Shown: positions 9,130-21,257, numbered from the stretch's first letter. The stretch: 64,000 bases of DNA from Oscillospiraceae bacterium (GCA_047973265.1 JBKEBS010000060.1:1604-65603); one strand, 5' to 3'. The notes: generated by a model not told the origin, from the letters alone. Made by a program: numbers and translations.

Positions 9130-11787
9130 ATGCAGCATACTCTCAGCCGACGTCCCTATGAGCCCCAGCGCTCCCTGCACAAAAAGGCATTCCTGCTGGC
9201 CCTGGGCATTGCGGCAATCATTTTTTTGCCCTTTGTCATCATGGACAAGGGAATGTTCATCTACTTCGGGGACTTCAATGTACAGCAGATTCCCTTTTAC
9301 AAGCTGGCTCACGAGGCGGTGCGCAGCGGCGACATCTTCTGGAACTGGTATACGGATTTGGGCTCCAACTTTGTGGGCTCCTACAGCTTCTACCTGCTGT
9401 TCAGCCCCTTTTTCTGGCTGACGCTGCCCTTCCCCACCGAGGCGCTGCCCTACCTGATGGCCCCGCTGCTGGTGCTTAAGACCGCCTGCGCGGCGCTCAC
9501 TTCCTATTTATTCCTGGAGCGCTTTGTCAAGGATAAGAACTACGCGGTCATCGGCAGCCTGCTCTACGCCTTCTCCGGCTGGATGAGCTTCAATATCTTC
9601 TTCAACCACTTCCACGATGTGGCGGTGTTCTTCCCCCTGCTGCTGCTGGGGCTGGAGCAGCTCATCACAGAGGACAAGCGGGGCGTCTTCGCTATAGCGG
9701 TCGCCATCAACGCCGCCGTCAACTACTGGTTCTTCATCGGCGAGGTGGTCTTCGTCATCCTCTATGTGGTGGTGCGAAGCTACAGCAAGGGCTGGCGCAT
9801 GACCTGGAAACGTTTCGGCTTCCTGGCGATGGAGGCCGTTCTGGGCGTGCTGATGGCTGCGGTGGCGCTGCTGCCATCGGTGCTGGCGCTGCTGGGCAAT
9901 CCCCGCACCGACGCCAACCGGCTGCTCTACGGCTGGGGCTTTTGGATTTACTGGCACGACAGCGAGAGCTACGCCGAGCGGCTGTTTGCAATCATACAGA
10001 GTTGGTTCTTCCCGCCCGAGGTGGTTTCCCGGCCCAACTTCTTCCCGAACCACGGGGCGAAGTGGGGCTCCCTCTCCGCCTGGCTGCCCATGGTGAGCAT
10101 GAGCGGCGTCATCGCCTACTTTAGCTCCCGCAAAAACGACTGGGTGAAAAAGCTGCTGGCTCTCTGCGCCGTCATGGCGCTGATTCCCGGCCTAAACAGC
10201 CTGTTCATCCTGCTCAACAACTCCTACTACGCCCGGTGGTTCTACATGCCGGTGCTGTTCATGGCCATGGCGACTGTCCGGGCCATCGAGGACAGCGACC
10301 GGGATCAGAAAAGCTTTCGGGCGGGCCTCAAGTGGACTGCGATTGTCTGCACGGTATTTGCGGTGGCCTGCGGCCTCACCCCCGACCTGGTGGACGGGGA
10401 GTGGCGGATCGGTCTGGCGGACAACCTGCCTCAGATGTGGGTTTGGTACGGCCTCGCCATTTTGGGCGTCCTGCTCACCTTTATAGTGGTGGTGCGCTGC
10501 CGGAACAACAAAAACTTCCAGCGGATACTGACCGCCAGCCTGTCGGTCTTCATCATCGGCTTCACGGTGTTCTACATGGCAAACGGCAAGAACTCCCCCG
10601 AGCGCTCCGCGGTTGTGCGGGAGACGGCAATCCAGGGGCGCTACAAGCTCCATTTGCCCGACGAGCCCTTTGGCCGGGCCGACGCCTACGACGACATGGA
10701 CAACCTGCTGATGTTCTGGCACCTGCCCAATATCCAGGCGTTCCACTCCATCGTGCCAGTGTCCATCATGGAATTCTACCCCGATGTGGGTGTAAAGCGG
10801 GATGTTGGCTCCCGCCCGGAGGCCGACTACTACGCCATCCGCTCCCTGCTATCCACCCGCTGGCTGTTCATCAGTCAGGATAAAAAGGAGCAGTCTCCCA
10901 TGCCGGGCTGGTCGCTCTACGACCAGCAGCTGGGCTACAACATCTACGACAACGACAACTTCATCCCCATGGGCTTCACCTACGACTACTACGTCACCGA
11001 CGAGCAGTTCCTGCAGGTGAGCAAGAAGCTGCGGGGCAATTTGCTGCTCAGGGCCATCCACCTGGACGAGGAGGGCATCGAGCGCAACAGGGATATCCTC
11101 CAGAACCTGCCCGACATGGAGGAGCAGGACTTCAGTGAGTTCTCCTTTGAGCGGGATGTGGAGGATCGGAACGCCATGGTGGCCTACGACTTTGCCATCG
11201 ACAACCTGGGCTTCTCCGCCAAGACGGCCTTCCCGGAAGAGGAACTGGTCTTTTTCAGCGTGCCCTGGGAGGGCGGCTGGTCTGCCACCGTGAACAGCGA
11301 GCCCGCTGTCATTGAGCGGGTCAACATCGGCTTCATGGCGGTGCGCGTACCCGCCGGAGAAGTGGAAATTCGGTTCAACTACATGACGCCGGGGCTGCTG
11401 ATCGGCCTTGCGGTCACGGGCGGCGCGGTTGTCATATTTGTGCTGTATATCCTTTTGATGCGGCGCGGCGCAAAAAAGCGGAATGCCCAGGTGAAGAGAG
11501 AGAAGAGCGTTCAGCAGTCGCTGGCGGACGGCGAAACGGTTCGCCTTTCCTGGGATGAATACCTTGCGGAGTTTGACCCCGTGAAGCGGAAGGAACGGCT
11601 CCGCAGGGCAATCGGTGCCAGAAAGCGGCACAGGATTGAGAATGCGGTGCCGGATGAAGCCCGCTTCGATTTCGTCCCGGAGGATGAGGCGGAAGAGAAA
11701 GAAGTGGAGACAGAGATCATAGTAGTCGACGAGATCGTGGTAGCGGATGCGGAACCCGCCGATTCAAAGGATGGTGACAATGTCTGA
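9130..11787 (+). CDS. YfhO-family polytopic membrane glycosyltransferase (GT-C-like)
   Basis: GDFNVQQIPFY, YLLFSPF, LLYAFSG and C-terminal FSVPWEGGWSATVN...GFMAVRVPAG...FNYMTPGL. Confidence 0.85.
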   Translation: MQHTLSRRPYEPQRSLHKKAFLLALGIAAIIFLPFVIMDKGMFIYFGDFNVQQIPFYKLAHEAVRSGDIFWNWYTDLGSNFVGSYSFYLLFSPFFWLTLPFPTEALPYLMAPLLVLKTACAALTSYLFLERFVKDKNYAVIGSLLYAFSGWMSFNIFFNHFHDVAVFFPLLLLGLEQLITEDKRGVFAIAVAINAAVNYWFFIGEVVFVILYVVVRSYSKGWRMTWKRFGFLAMEAVLGVLMAAVALLPSVLALLGNPRTDANRLLYGWGFWIYWHDSESYAERLFAIIQSWFFPPEVVSRPNFFPNHGAKWGSLSAWLPMVSMSGVIAYFSSRKNDWVKKLLALCAVMALIPGLNSLFILLNNSYYARWFYMPVLFMAMATVRAIEDSDRDQKSFRAGLKWTAIVCTVFAVACGLTPDLVDGEWRIGLADNLPQMWVWYGLAILGVLLTFIVVVRCRNNKNFQRILTASLSVFIIGFTVFYMANGKNSPERSAVVRETAIQGRYKLHLPDEPFGRADAYDDMDNLLMFWHLPNIQAFHSIVPVSIMEFYPDVGVKRDVGSRPEADYYAIRSLLSTRWLFISQDKKEQSPMPGWSLYDQQLGYNIYDNDNFIPMGFTYDYYVTDEQFLQVSKKLRGNLLLRAIHLDEEGIERNRDILQNLPDMEEQDFSEFSFERDVEDRNAMVAYDFAIDNLGFSAKTAFPEEELVFFSVPWEGGWSATVNSEPAVIERVNIGFMAVRVPAGEVEIRFNYMTPGLLIGLAVTGGAVVIFVLYILLMRRGAKKRNAQVKREKSVQQSLADGETVRLSWDEYLAEFDPVKRKERLRRAIGARKRHRIENAVPDEARFDFVPEDEAEEKEVETEIIVVDEIVVADAEPADSKDGDNV

Positions 11788-12748
11788 TACCCTGTATGTG
11801 GTGGTGCCCTGCTACAACGAGGAGGAGGTGCTCCCCGAGACCTCCTTCCGCCTGAAAAACAAGCTGGACTCCCTGGAACAGCGGGGGAAGATTTCCTCCA
11901 AAAGCCGCATCCTCTTTGTGGACGACGGCAGCAAGGACAACACCTGGAAGCTGATCGAGGGCCTGCACAAGGACGATCCGGATCACTTCTCCGGCCTCAA
12001 GCTCAGCCGGAACAAGGGCCACCAGAACGCCCTGATGGCCGGGTTGATGGAGGCCAAGAGTCGGGCCGACATGGTGGTCTCGATGGACGCCGACCTCCAG
12101 GACGACATTGGGGTTATCGACGGCTTTGTGGACAAGTACCACCAGGGCTGCGACGTGGTGTACGGCGTGCGCAGCGACCGCAAGCGGGACAGCGGCTTCA
12201 AGCGGTTCACGGCCCAGAGCTTCTACAAAATCATGGGGCTGCTGGGGGTAAATCTGGTCTACAACCACGCCGACTGCCGCCTGATGAGCAGGCGCGCACT
12301 GGAGGGCCTTGCCGAGTTTAAGGAGGTCAATCTCTTTCTGCGGGGCATTGTGCCGCTGGTCGGCTATAAGAGCGACATGGTGGAGTACAGCCGTGGGGAG
12401 CGCTTCGCGGGGGAATCCAAGTATCCCCTGCGCAAGATGCTGGCCTTCGCCTGGGACGGAGTGACCTCCTTCAGCGTCAAGCCCATTCGGTTTATCACTG
12501 TGCTGGGCTTTATCGTGCTGCTCATCAGCCTGGGCCTCATGATCTACACCTTTGTGCGCAACCTGACCGGCAACACCGTGCCCGGCTGGTCTACCCTTAT
12601 GGGCTCCATCTGGCTGCTGGGGGGGCTGCAAATCTTCTCCCTGGGCATTGTGGGGGAATATGTGGGCAAAATCTACCAGGAGGCCAAGGGCAGGCCCAAG
12701 TATATAATTGAGACGCTGCTGGACAAAGAGGAGGATCAGACCGAATGA
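11780..12748 (+). CDS. GT2 undecaprenyl-phosphate glycosyltransferase (CsbB/GtrB/YkoT-like)
   Basis: VVPCYNEE, VDDGSKD, SRNKGHQNAL, MDADLQD and two C-terminal TM helices with GEYVGKIY. Confidence 0.92.
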   Translation: MSDTLYVVVPCYNEEEVLPETSFRLKNKLDSLEQRGKISSKSRILFVDDGSKDNTWKLIEGLHKDDPDHFSGLKLSRNKGHQNALMAGLMEAKSRADMVVSMDADLQDDIGVIDGFVDKYHQGCDVVYGVRSDRKRDSGFKRFTAQSFYKIMGLLGVNLVYNHADCRLMSRRALEGLAEFKEVNLFLRGIVPLVGYKSDMVEYSRGERFAGESKYPLRKMLAFAWDGVTSFSVKPIRFITVLGFIVLLISLGLMIYTFVRNLTGNTVPGWSTLMGSIWLLGGLQIFSLGIVGEYVGKIYQEAKGRPKYIIETLLDKEEDQTE

Positions 12749-13473
12749 AACCGGTGAAGATGCCCCAGATGATTCTCTTTGACTACGGCGACACCCTGGG
12801 CTGGGAGGAGCCCTTCAACTCCCCAGCGGGGGTGCGGGCTGTGATGGAGCACTGCACGGCCAACCCACACAGCTATTCCCCCGAGGAGGTGGACGCTGTG
12901 GGTGCGGGGCTCTTTGCGGAGCTGCAAGCGGTGCGCACCCTGGACTTTGAGGGCCACAATCTTATCGCGCAGCGCCTTCAATACGAGCTGATGGGGATTG
13001 AACTCGCCATTTCAGCCGAGGAGGCCGAGTACATCTACTGGGAAAATGTCGCCCCCGGCCATCCCACCCCCGGCAGCGCGGAGCTGCTGGCCTATCTGAA
13101 CAAAAAAGGCATCCGCACCGGCGTGATCAGCAATATCGGCTTTTCCGGCGGCGCACTGGCCCGCCGCATTGCCGGGCTGTTCCCGGAGCACCCCTTCGAG
13201 TTTATCCTGGCCTCCAGCGAATACCTGGTGCGCAAGCCGAACCCCATGCTCTTCCGGGTGGCCCTCGCCAAAGCGGGGCTGGGGCCGGAAGGGGTCTGGT
13301 ACTGCGGCAACGACGCCTATTTTGATGTGAAGGGCTCGGCCTCCGCCGGGCTGTTCCCGGTGTGGTACCGGGGGATGGATCGCACCTCTGCTCCGGCCCC
13401 GGAGGGCACACCGCCCCATCTGGAAGTGGGCAGCTGGGACGAGCTGCGGGGCATCTTGGAGGGGCTGCTATGA
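12745..13473 (+). CDS. HAD-family hydrolase
   Basis: FDYGDTL, ISN, KPNP and GNDAYFDV. Confidence 0.85.
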   Translation: MKPVKMPQMILFDYGDTLGWEEPFNSPAGVRAVMEHCTANPHSYSPEEVDAVGAGLFAELQAVRTLDFEGHNLIAQRLQYELMGIELAISAEEAEYIYWENVAPGHPTPGSAELLAYLNKKGIRTGVISNIGFSGGALARRIAGLFPEHPFEFILASSEYLVRKPNPMLFRVALAKAGLGPEGVWYCGNDAYFDVKGSASAGLFPVWYRGMDRTSAPAPEGTPPHLEVGSWDELRGILEGLL

Positions 13474-14096
13474 GGCACATCCTCTTCGACTTCGACGGTA
13501 CCATTGCCAACTCCATGCCCGTGCAGGACAGGCTGCTGGGAGAGCTGGCAAAGGAGCGGGGCCAGAGCCTTTCGGTGGCGGACTTCCGGAACCGGGACAA
13601 CCTTTCCCCGCTGCGCAAGGCGAAGCTGGGAGCGTTTATGCTGAAAATTGCCGGGGAGTACAAATCCCGGTACGCCGCCGCAATTGGCGCAGGAGAGGTG
13701 CAGCCATTTCCCGGTATGCTGCCGCTGTTGGAGGAGCTCCAGGGGCTGGGGGCTGTTGTGGGGATAGTCTCCTCCAACGAGCCGGAGGCCATCCGGCGGT
13801 TCTTTGCCACACAGGCGCAGGGCATGGATATTCCTGTCTGGCCGTCCGAGGGCTTTTTCGGCAAGGCGAAGACCTTCCGGGGCTATATGGAGGGACAGCA
13901 GGCCTCAACTGAGGAGCTCCTCTATGTGGGGGATGAGCGGCGGGATGCGGAGGCTGCCTCCTCCGCCGGAATCGGCATGGTCTATGTCACCTGGGGGCTG
14001 GACGGCCCGGCGGGGGCGGCCTCAAAAGGTGTCACCGCAACCGCATCCTCAGTGGAGGAACTGACGACTTTATTGAAGGATTGGATACAAAAATGA
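13470..14096 (+). CDS. HAD-family hydrolase (phosphoglycolate phosphatase-like)
   Basis: MRHILFDFDGT, VSSN and YVGDERRD; ATGA overlap with the previous gene. Confidence 0.85.
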   Translation: MRHILFDFDGTIANSMPVQDRLLGELAKERGQSLSVADFRNRDNLSPLRKAKLGAFMLKIAGEYKSRYAAAIGAGEVQPFPGMLPLLEELQGLGAVVGIVSSNEPEAIRRFFATQAQGMDIPVWPSEGFFGKAKTFRGYMEGQQASTEELLYVGDERRDAEAASSAGIGMVYVTWGLDGPAGAASKGVTATASSVEELTTLLKDWIQK

Positions 14097-14458
14097 ACAT
14101 CAACTACATTGAAAACAACGGCCGCCGTGTGGCGGTGCTGGAGGAGCCCGGCTGGGTGCTGGAGAGCGTGCAGGATGCTTTAGACCTCATGACCGATGTG
14201 CGCATCCTGGGCGACAGCGACAGCCTGATTCTGCTGCGGGAAAACCTGCCGGAGGAGTTCTACGAGCTGAAAACCGGCCTTGCGGGGGAAATTTTGCAGA
14301 AATACACAAACTATGGCTTTCGGCTGGCAATTGTGGGGAATTTCTCCGACGTGACCTCCAAAAGCCTGAACGATTTCATCCGGGAATCCAACCGGGGGAG
14401 CCAGGTGTTCTTCCTGCCAACGGTGGAGGAAGCGACGGAAAAGCTGCTCCGGCTGTAA
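14093..14458 (+). CDS. DUF4180-like small protein
   Basis: FYELKTGLAGEILQKYTNY...SKSLNDFIRESNRG. Confidence 0.8.
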   Translation: MNINYIENNGRRVAVLEEPGWVLESVQDALDLMTDVRILGDSDSLILLRENLPEEFYELKTGLAGEILQKYTNYGFRLAIVGNFSDVTSKSLNDFIRESNRGSQVFFLPTVEEATEKLLRL

Positions 14459-14508
14459 AAAGCTTGAAAGATAAACCCTTCAAACTCGGGAAGAGAGGCG
14501 GCTATCAT

Positions 14509-14766
14509 ATGAGCAACCCGAACAGGAAACGTGACCCCAGTCAGTTTCGCAAGGCAAGGCGCTCCAGCCTGGTAATCACGCTGATCTTTGTCGTGCTGAT
14601 GATTGCCGCCATGGTTCTGGCTACGATGAACATCCGGGCGAATCCCGACCTGGGCTTCGGCCCCTGGGACGGGGTCACAGAGATGGCCAAGCTGTTCGCC
14701 CTGCCCGTGGGGATCATGTTGGCCTGCACGGTGTTCTTTGCCGTTTTGGAGAGGAGAAACCGTTGA
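14509..14766 (+). CDS. Small two-TM hypothetical protein
   Basis: 85 aa after a GAGG SD; overlaps the next start. Confidence 0.6.
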   Translation: MSNPNRKRDPSQFRKARRSSLVITLIFVVLMIAAMVLATMNIRANPDLGFGPWDGVTEMAKLFALPVGIMLACTVFFAVLERRNR

Positions 14767-15374
14767 GCGGGAAGCTGATCCGCCCCGACCGCGCCTTTTT
14801 TCGCAGGGACACCGAGGCGGTGGCGAGGGATTTGCTTGGGGCTTATCTCGTGTTCAGTGGTGATCAGGGTGAGCTGGTGGCGGAGATCACCGAAACCGAG
14901 GCCTATCTTGGCGAGGGCGACAGGGCCTGCCACTCCTACGGCGGCAAGCGCACCCCCCGCACCGAGAACATGTACCGGGACGGCGGTCACAGCTACATCT
15001 ACCTGATCTACGGCATGTACCGCATCCTGAACGTCATCACCCAGACGGAGAAGGAGCCCTCCGGTGTGATGATTCGGGGGGCGAAGCCGGTGGAGGGTTT
15101 CGACATCATGGCGCGAAACCGCTTCGGCAAGGCTTGGGATGATCTGCCGCCCGCAAAGCGGAGGGCCCTGATGGACGGCCCCGGCAAGCTGTGCAAGGCG
15201 CTGGGTCTCTCCATGGCGGAAAACGGCTTGGATATGGTGGCGAGCGAGCGGCTCTACCTGCTGCGGCCATCGGAGAAGCCCGCCTTCGGGATCGGCGTGG
15301 GCAAGCGAATTGGCATCGACTACGCGGGGGAGGATGCGGATTTGCCCCTGCGGTTTTTCCAGATAGCGAAATAG
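14763..15374 (+). CDS. DNA-3-methyladenine glycosylase (MPG/AAG family)
   Basis: ITETEAY, YIYLIYGMY, GPGKLCKAL and RIGIDYA. Confidence 0.92.
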   Translation: MSGKLIRPDRAFFRRDTEAVARDLLGAYLVFSGDQGELVAEITETEAYLGEGDRACHSYGGKRTPRTENMYRDGGHSYIYLIYGMYRILNVITQTEKEPSGVMIRGAKPVEGFDIMARNRFGKAWDDLPPAKRRALMDGPGKLCKALGLSMAENGLDMVASERLYLLRPSEKPAFGIGVGKRIGIDYAGEDADLPLRFFQIAK

Positions 15375-15404
15375 AAAAGGAGGCGGTATAACCGCCTCCT
15401 TTTT
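15375..15404. terminator. Bidirectional intrinsic terminator
   Basis: AAAAGGAGGCGGT-ATA-ACCGCCTCCTTTTT between convergent genes. Confidence 0.85.
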
Positions 15405-15409
15405 GATAG

Positions 15410-15631
15410 TCACTTTCGTTTATATGGAGTTTTATCATCTGTTAAATCCAGAAGATAGTCAGCGCTGACCTTATAGTAAAGGGCCAATTCAGCGACAATT
15501 TGCACTGGAATATTGCGGGTTCCATTTTCATAGCCGGAATAGGTTCGCGCCGCTATGTTCAAATATTTGGCGATCTCTTTTTGGGTCAAATCGCGGTCTT
15601 CCCGCATTCCTCTGATTCTGTCATATTTCAA
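15410..15631 (-). CDS. XRE-family HTH regulator
   Basis: IRGMREDRDLTQKEIAKYLNIAARTYSGYENG...VSADYLL; GAGGTG SD, TTG start. Confidence 0.9.
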   Translation of the reverse strand: MKYDRIRGMREDRDLTQKEIAKYLNIAARTYSGYENGTRNIPVQIVAELALYYKVSADYLLDLTDDKTPYKRK

Positions 15632-15657
15632 GATATCACCTCGACATTAGTATATCC

Positions 15658-15702
15658 AGCTCAAATCGAGCCATTGACTTTCGGCTCAAAATGAGCCATA
15701 AT
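15658..15702 (+). promoter_or_regulatory. Promoter with two palindromic operator boxes
   Basis: TTGACT(15674)-17 nt-CATAAT(15697). GCTC-AAATC-GAGC at 15659-15671 and GGCTCA-AAA-TGAGCC at 15683-15697. Confidence 0.75.
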
Positions 15703-15719
15703 GATTTTGAGGTGAGCAG

Positions 15720-15881
15720 ATGGCGGACTACAAAAAGATGTACAACAAGCTGTTCATTGAAATAAACGATACCATTGAACGTCTTCAGAAAACGCTAGTG
15801 GAGGCCGAGGAGATTTATATCGGTTCGGAAGAGACGGTTCTCTCGATAGGGGAAGTCGTAGACAAAGAAGAGGAAGACTGA
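15720..15881 (+). CDS. 53-aa acidic protein (MADYKKMYNKLF...) below the ORF-track cutoff
   Basis: GAGGTG SD, its own promoter and terminator, open frame from ATG 15720 to TGA 15881. Confidence 0.8.
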   Translation: MADYKKMYNKLFIEINDTIERLQKTLVEAEEIYIGSEETVLSIGEVVDKEEED

Positions 15882-15884
15882 GTG

Positions 15885-15929
15885 AAAAAAGAGAGGCGCG
15901 CCACAAACGTGGTGCGCCTCTTTCTTTTT
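15885..15929 (+). terminator. Intrinsic terminator
   Basis: GAGGCGCGCCAC-AAAC-GTGGTGCGCCTC followed by TTTCTTTTT. Confidence 0.8.
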
Positions 15930-15972
15930 GAATGCCCATCTTATAATTTGCAAGTTAAATTATATAATACGA

Positions 15973-16001
15973 TTGACAAATTAACTGAATAGTGCTATAA
16001 T
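15973..16001 (+). promoter_or_regulatory. Consensus sigma-A promoter for the RHH-clpB operon
   Basis: TTGACA-17 nt-TATAAT with a TG extension. Confidence 0.85.
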
Positions 16002-16039
16002 GATTCTTGTAGAAATGGAAAAGGAATGGTCATAATATA

Positions 16040-16681
16040 ATGGACAGAAGCATGTACAGCCTCATCCTGCTGGACGAGGTGGTGCGGGAGGTAGACCGCC
16101 TTGCCCACCGGGAGGGCCTAAGCCGCTCCGGGTTGATCAACCGCATCCTGGCGGAGCACATCGGCCTCTCCACCCCGGAAAAGCAGCTGGACAGGCTCTA
16201 CGGCGCGGCCCGCAAAAAGATGGAGGAGACCCCCTCCCTCCGGGTGCAAAATGCCGAGAATACACCGGGCAGTTCCCTGCTTTCGATAAAAAGCGCGTTG
16301 CCGTACCGCTATAATCCAACTATACGCTACAATGTGGAGCTCACCCTGCGGGACGGCTCCTACGTGGGCGAGCTTCGGGTGGTCTCCCGCAGCCAGAGCG
16401 GCGAGCTGCTGAAGTTGCTGCGGCTTTTTTTCCGCGCATGGAAGCAGTTGGAGCAGAGCCTTTCTCACAGTCCCCCCACTGCCATCGCCGGGGGAAAAAT
16501 GACGAGGGAGCTGCGCATCCGGGGAGAGGACACCGACCGCACCGGGGAGGCGCTGGCCGCCTACATTCAGATGTTCGACACGGCGTTGGATACCTTTTTT
16601 GCCGCGCCGGAGGCTCAAAACTGGAATAAGCAGATCGAACTATACAATGAGTATTTGAATTCCGCAGACATTTTGATATAG
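16040..16681 (+). CDS. Putative ribbon-helix-helix (CopG-like) regulator with uncharacterised C-terminal domain
   Basis: N-terminal SMYSLIL-DEVVREVDRLAHREGLSRSGLINRILAE fits the RHH pattern. Confidence 0.7.
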   Translation: MDRSMYSLILLDEVVREVDRLAHREGLSRSGLINRILAEHIGLSTPEKQLDRLYGAARKKMEETPSLRVQNAENTPGSSLLSIKSALPYRYNPTIRYNVELTLRDGSYVGELRVVSRSQSGELLKLLRLFFRAWKQLEQSLSHSPPTAIAGGKMTRELRIRGEDTDRTGEALAAYIQMFDTALDTFFAAPEAQNWNKQIELYNEYLNSADILI

Positions 16682-16700
16682 ATGAAGGAGATATGATGCC

Positions 16701-19313
<2,613 letters not shown>

Positions 19314-19376
19314 CGCTGGACTCACTCGCTCCGCGCGCTCTAAAGATAGAATTGTGTTATTACAGGACATAGATAT

Positions 19377-19419
19377 GAGATAGGCTTTCTTTGATCAAAG
19401 AGGGCCTATCTCTTTTTTT
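19377..19419. terminator. Terminator between clpB and the AraC gene
   Basis: GAGATAGGC...GCCTATCTC followed by a T-tract. Confidence 0.7.
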
Positions 19420-20254
19420 GCCGGTATTCGGTGGGGGAGCAGTCGAATCTGCCGCTGAACACCCGGCTGAAATAGAGCTGGTCGGAGTAGCCCACCTGGG
19501 CGGCAATCTCCCCGATGGTCAGCTCGGTTTGGGCCATCAGCTGCCGGGCGTGGTTCAGCCGCAGCACGGTGATATAGTCCCGGGGGGAGAGGCCGGTGCT
19601 GTCGCGGAACACAGTCCGGAAGCGGCTGGCGCTGAGGTGCTCCAGCGCCGCAAGGTTTTCCACCGTGAGGGGATCGGCGTAGTGGGAGTGGATGTGGGCG
19701 AGGGCGCGGGTGATCCTGCGGTCACCGCCCTCCCCTGCCCGGTCGGCGGCCCTGCGGCCCAGTGTGACCAGGATGGCTGTCAGGTGGGCGGCGGCCAAAT
19801 CCTCGGAGCAGTTATCCCTGCGCAGAAAGGTCTGGAACAGCTCATTATAGAGGCGTTCCAGGGACTCATCCAGGCCGGGGGAGAGGAGGGAGCCGCCCCG
19901 CAGGCCGCATTGAGCCACCAGCTCCTCCGCCCGGGAGCCGGAAAAGTGAATCCAGTAGTAGCGAACCTCCCCGCTGTGGAAAGGGGGGGCGTAGCGGTAG
20001 GGTGTGTGGGGGGGAGAGATCACCGCCTGGCCCGGCGACATGAGCAGCCGTTCCTCGCCGTCCCCCTGCCAGACCTCCATCTCCCCGGCAACCAGGTACT
20101 GGAGGTAGAAGTCGCTGCGCCCCACCGGGTTGTGGGTGTGGAAGGGCTGCTGCGAGGCGAGGAGGCCGCAGCAGTTGACGGCGAGCTCCCGGTCGTTCCT
20201 GCGCAGGTTGTTGTCCGAGCCGTCCAGCAGCCGGTAATAGGCCTGATCCCGCAT
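19406..20254 (-). CDS. AraC-family regulator
   Basis: Cupin N-terminus (YYWIHFSG) and C-terminal IAAQVGYSDQLYFSRVF...SPTEYR. Confidence 0.95.
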   Translation of the reverse strand: MRDQAYYRLLDGSDNNLRRNDRELAVNCCGLLASQQPFHTHNPVGRSDFYLQYLVAGEMEVWQGDGEERLLMSPGQAVISPPHTPYRYAPPFHSGEVRYYWIHFSGSRAEELVAQCGLRGGSLLSPGLDESLERLYNELFQTFLRRDNCSEDLAAAHLTAILVTLGRRAADRAGEGGDRRITRALAHIHSHYADPLTVENLAALEHLSASRFRTVFRDSTGLSPRDYITVLRLNHARQLMAQTELTIGEIAAQVGYSDQLYFSRVFSGRFDCSPTEYRQKKR

Positions 20255-20385
20255 GAGGTGTCTCTCCCCTTTCAGTGGTCAATCCAATCGATTTGTCCAT
20301 ATAGACAGATGATTTCCCCATGGCATTATGGTAGCCTTATTATATACTGGTAGCAGAAATCAGGCAAGAAAGGAGTTGTCAAAGA

Positions 20386-21240
20386 ATGAAAAAATCCATA
20401 AACGCATGGGCGGCGGACAGTGCTGTGGGCTTCGAGGAGCTTTTCCGCCAGGTGAGGAACGCGGGATTCGACGGCATCGAGCTAAATGTAGACGCGGCGG
20501 GCCACTCCGCCCACTCCCTCACGCTGGAGACGACAGAGGGGGAGCTGGTGGAGATCAGGGCGCTGTCGGAGCAGTACGAGCTGCCGGTGGTCAGCGTCTC
20601 CACCTCCATGCTGAGCTATTTCATGGGCTCCCCCGACAGCGCGGAGCGGGAAAAGGCGAAGGAGATTATCCTTTGCCAGCTAAAGAGTGCGAAAGCATTG
20701 GGAGCGGGCGGGATTTTGGTTGTTCCGGGCGGTGTCGTTCAGCAGGGCGGCTACGAGAAGGCCTACCGCACCAGCGCTGAGACATTGAGTGAATTGAAAG
20801 ACCACATTGTGGAGATGGGCGTCAATGTGGGCGTGGAGAACGTTTGGAACGGCTTTTTTCTCTCCCCCTTCGACATGGCGCGCTTTATCGACGGGCTGGA
20901 TTGCCCCCGCATCGGGGCCTACTACGATGTGGGCAACGTCATCGCCTTTTCCTGGTCGGAGTATTGGATTGACCTGCTGGGGAGCCGCATCAAGAACATC
21001 CATGTGAAGGATTTCAAGCGGAACGACAGCGGCTTCGGCCTCAACGGCGGCGGGGACTTTGTGGATTTGCTGAAGGGCGACGTCAACTGGACGGCAGTCG
21101 TCCCCGCGCTGCGGAAAGCGGGCTTTGATGGCTACCTCACGGCAGAGGTGTTCAAGGGGGATTCGGACAATCCGGATATGTCCGACGAGGCGTTCTACAG
21201 CGAGGTAATCGCGGCGCTGGACAAAATCATCGCAACATAG
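20386..21240 (+). CDS. Sugar phosphate isomerase/epimerase (xylose isomerase-like TIM barrel)
   Basis: GFDGIEL, ENVWNGF, YDVGN, IHVKDF and TAE metal ligands. Confidence 0.88.
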   Translation: MKKSINAWAADSAVGFEELFRQVRNAGFDGIELNVDAAGHSAHSLTLETTEGELVEIRALSEQYELPVVSVSTSMLSYFMGSPDSAEREKAKEIILCQLKSAKALGAGGILVVPGGVVQQGGYEKAYRTSAETLSELKDHIVEMGVNVGVENVWNGFFLSPFDMARFIDGLDCPRIGAYYDVGNVIAFSWSEYWIDLLGSRIKNIHVKDFKRNDSGFGLNGGGDFVDLLKGDVNWTAVVPALRKAGFDGYLTAEVFKGDSDNPDMSDEAFYSEVIAALDKIIAT

Positions 21241-21257
21241 GAAAGGACTGGATTGAT

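Noticed and set aside
7270..9312. Upstream part of the 786-aa minus-strand ORF (6952-9312)
   Set aside because: Overlaps three well-supported plus-strand genes; only the final 105 aa (MNT-like, own SD) is credible.
15410..15881. XRE switch as a prophage immunity region
   Set aside because: No integrase, replication or structural genes; kept as a stand-alone module.
19314..19345. CTCACTCGCTCCGCGCGCTC after clpB, containing the TCGCTC/GAGCGA core of the dispersed repeat
   Set aside because: Match too short and no terminal inverted repeats.
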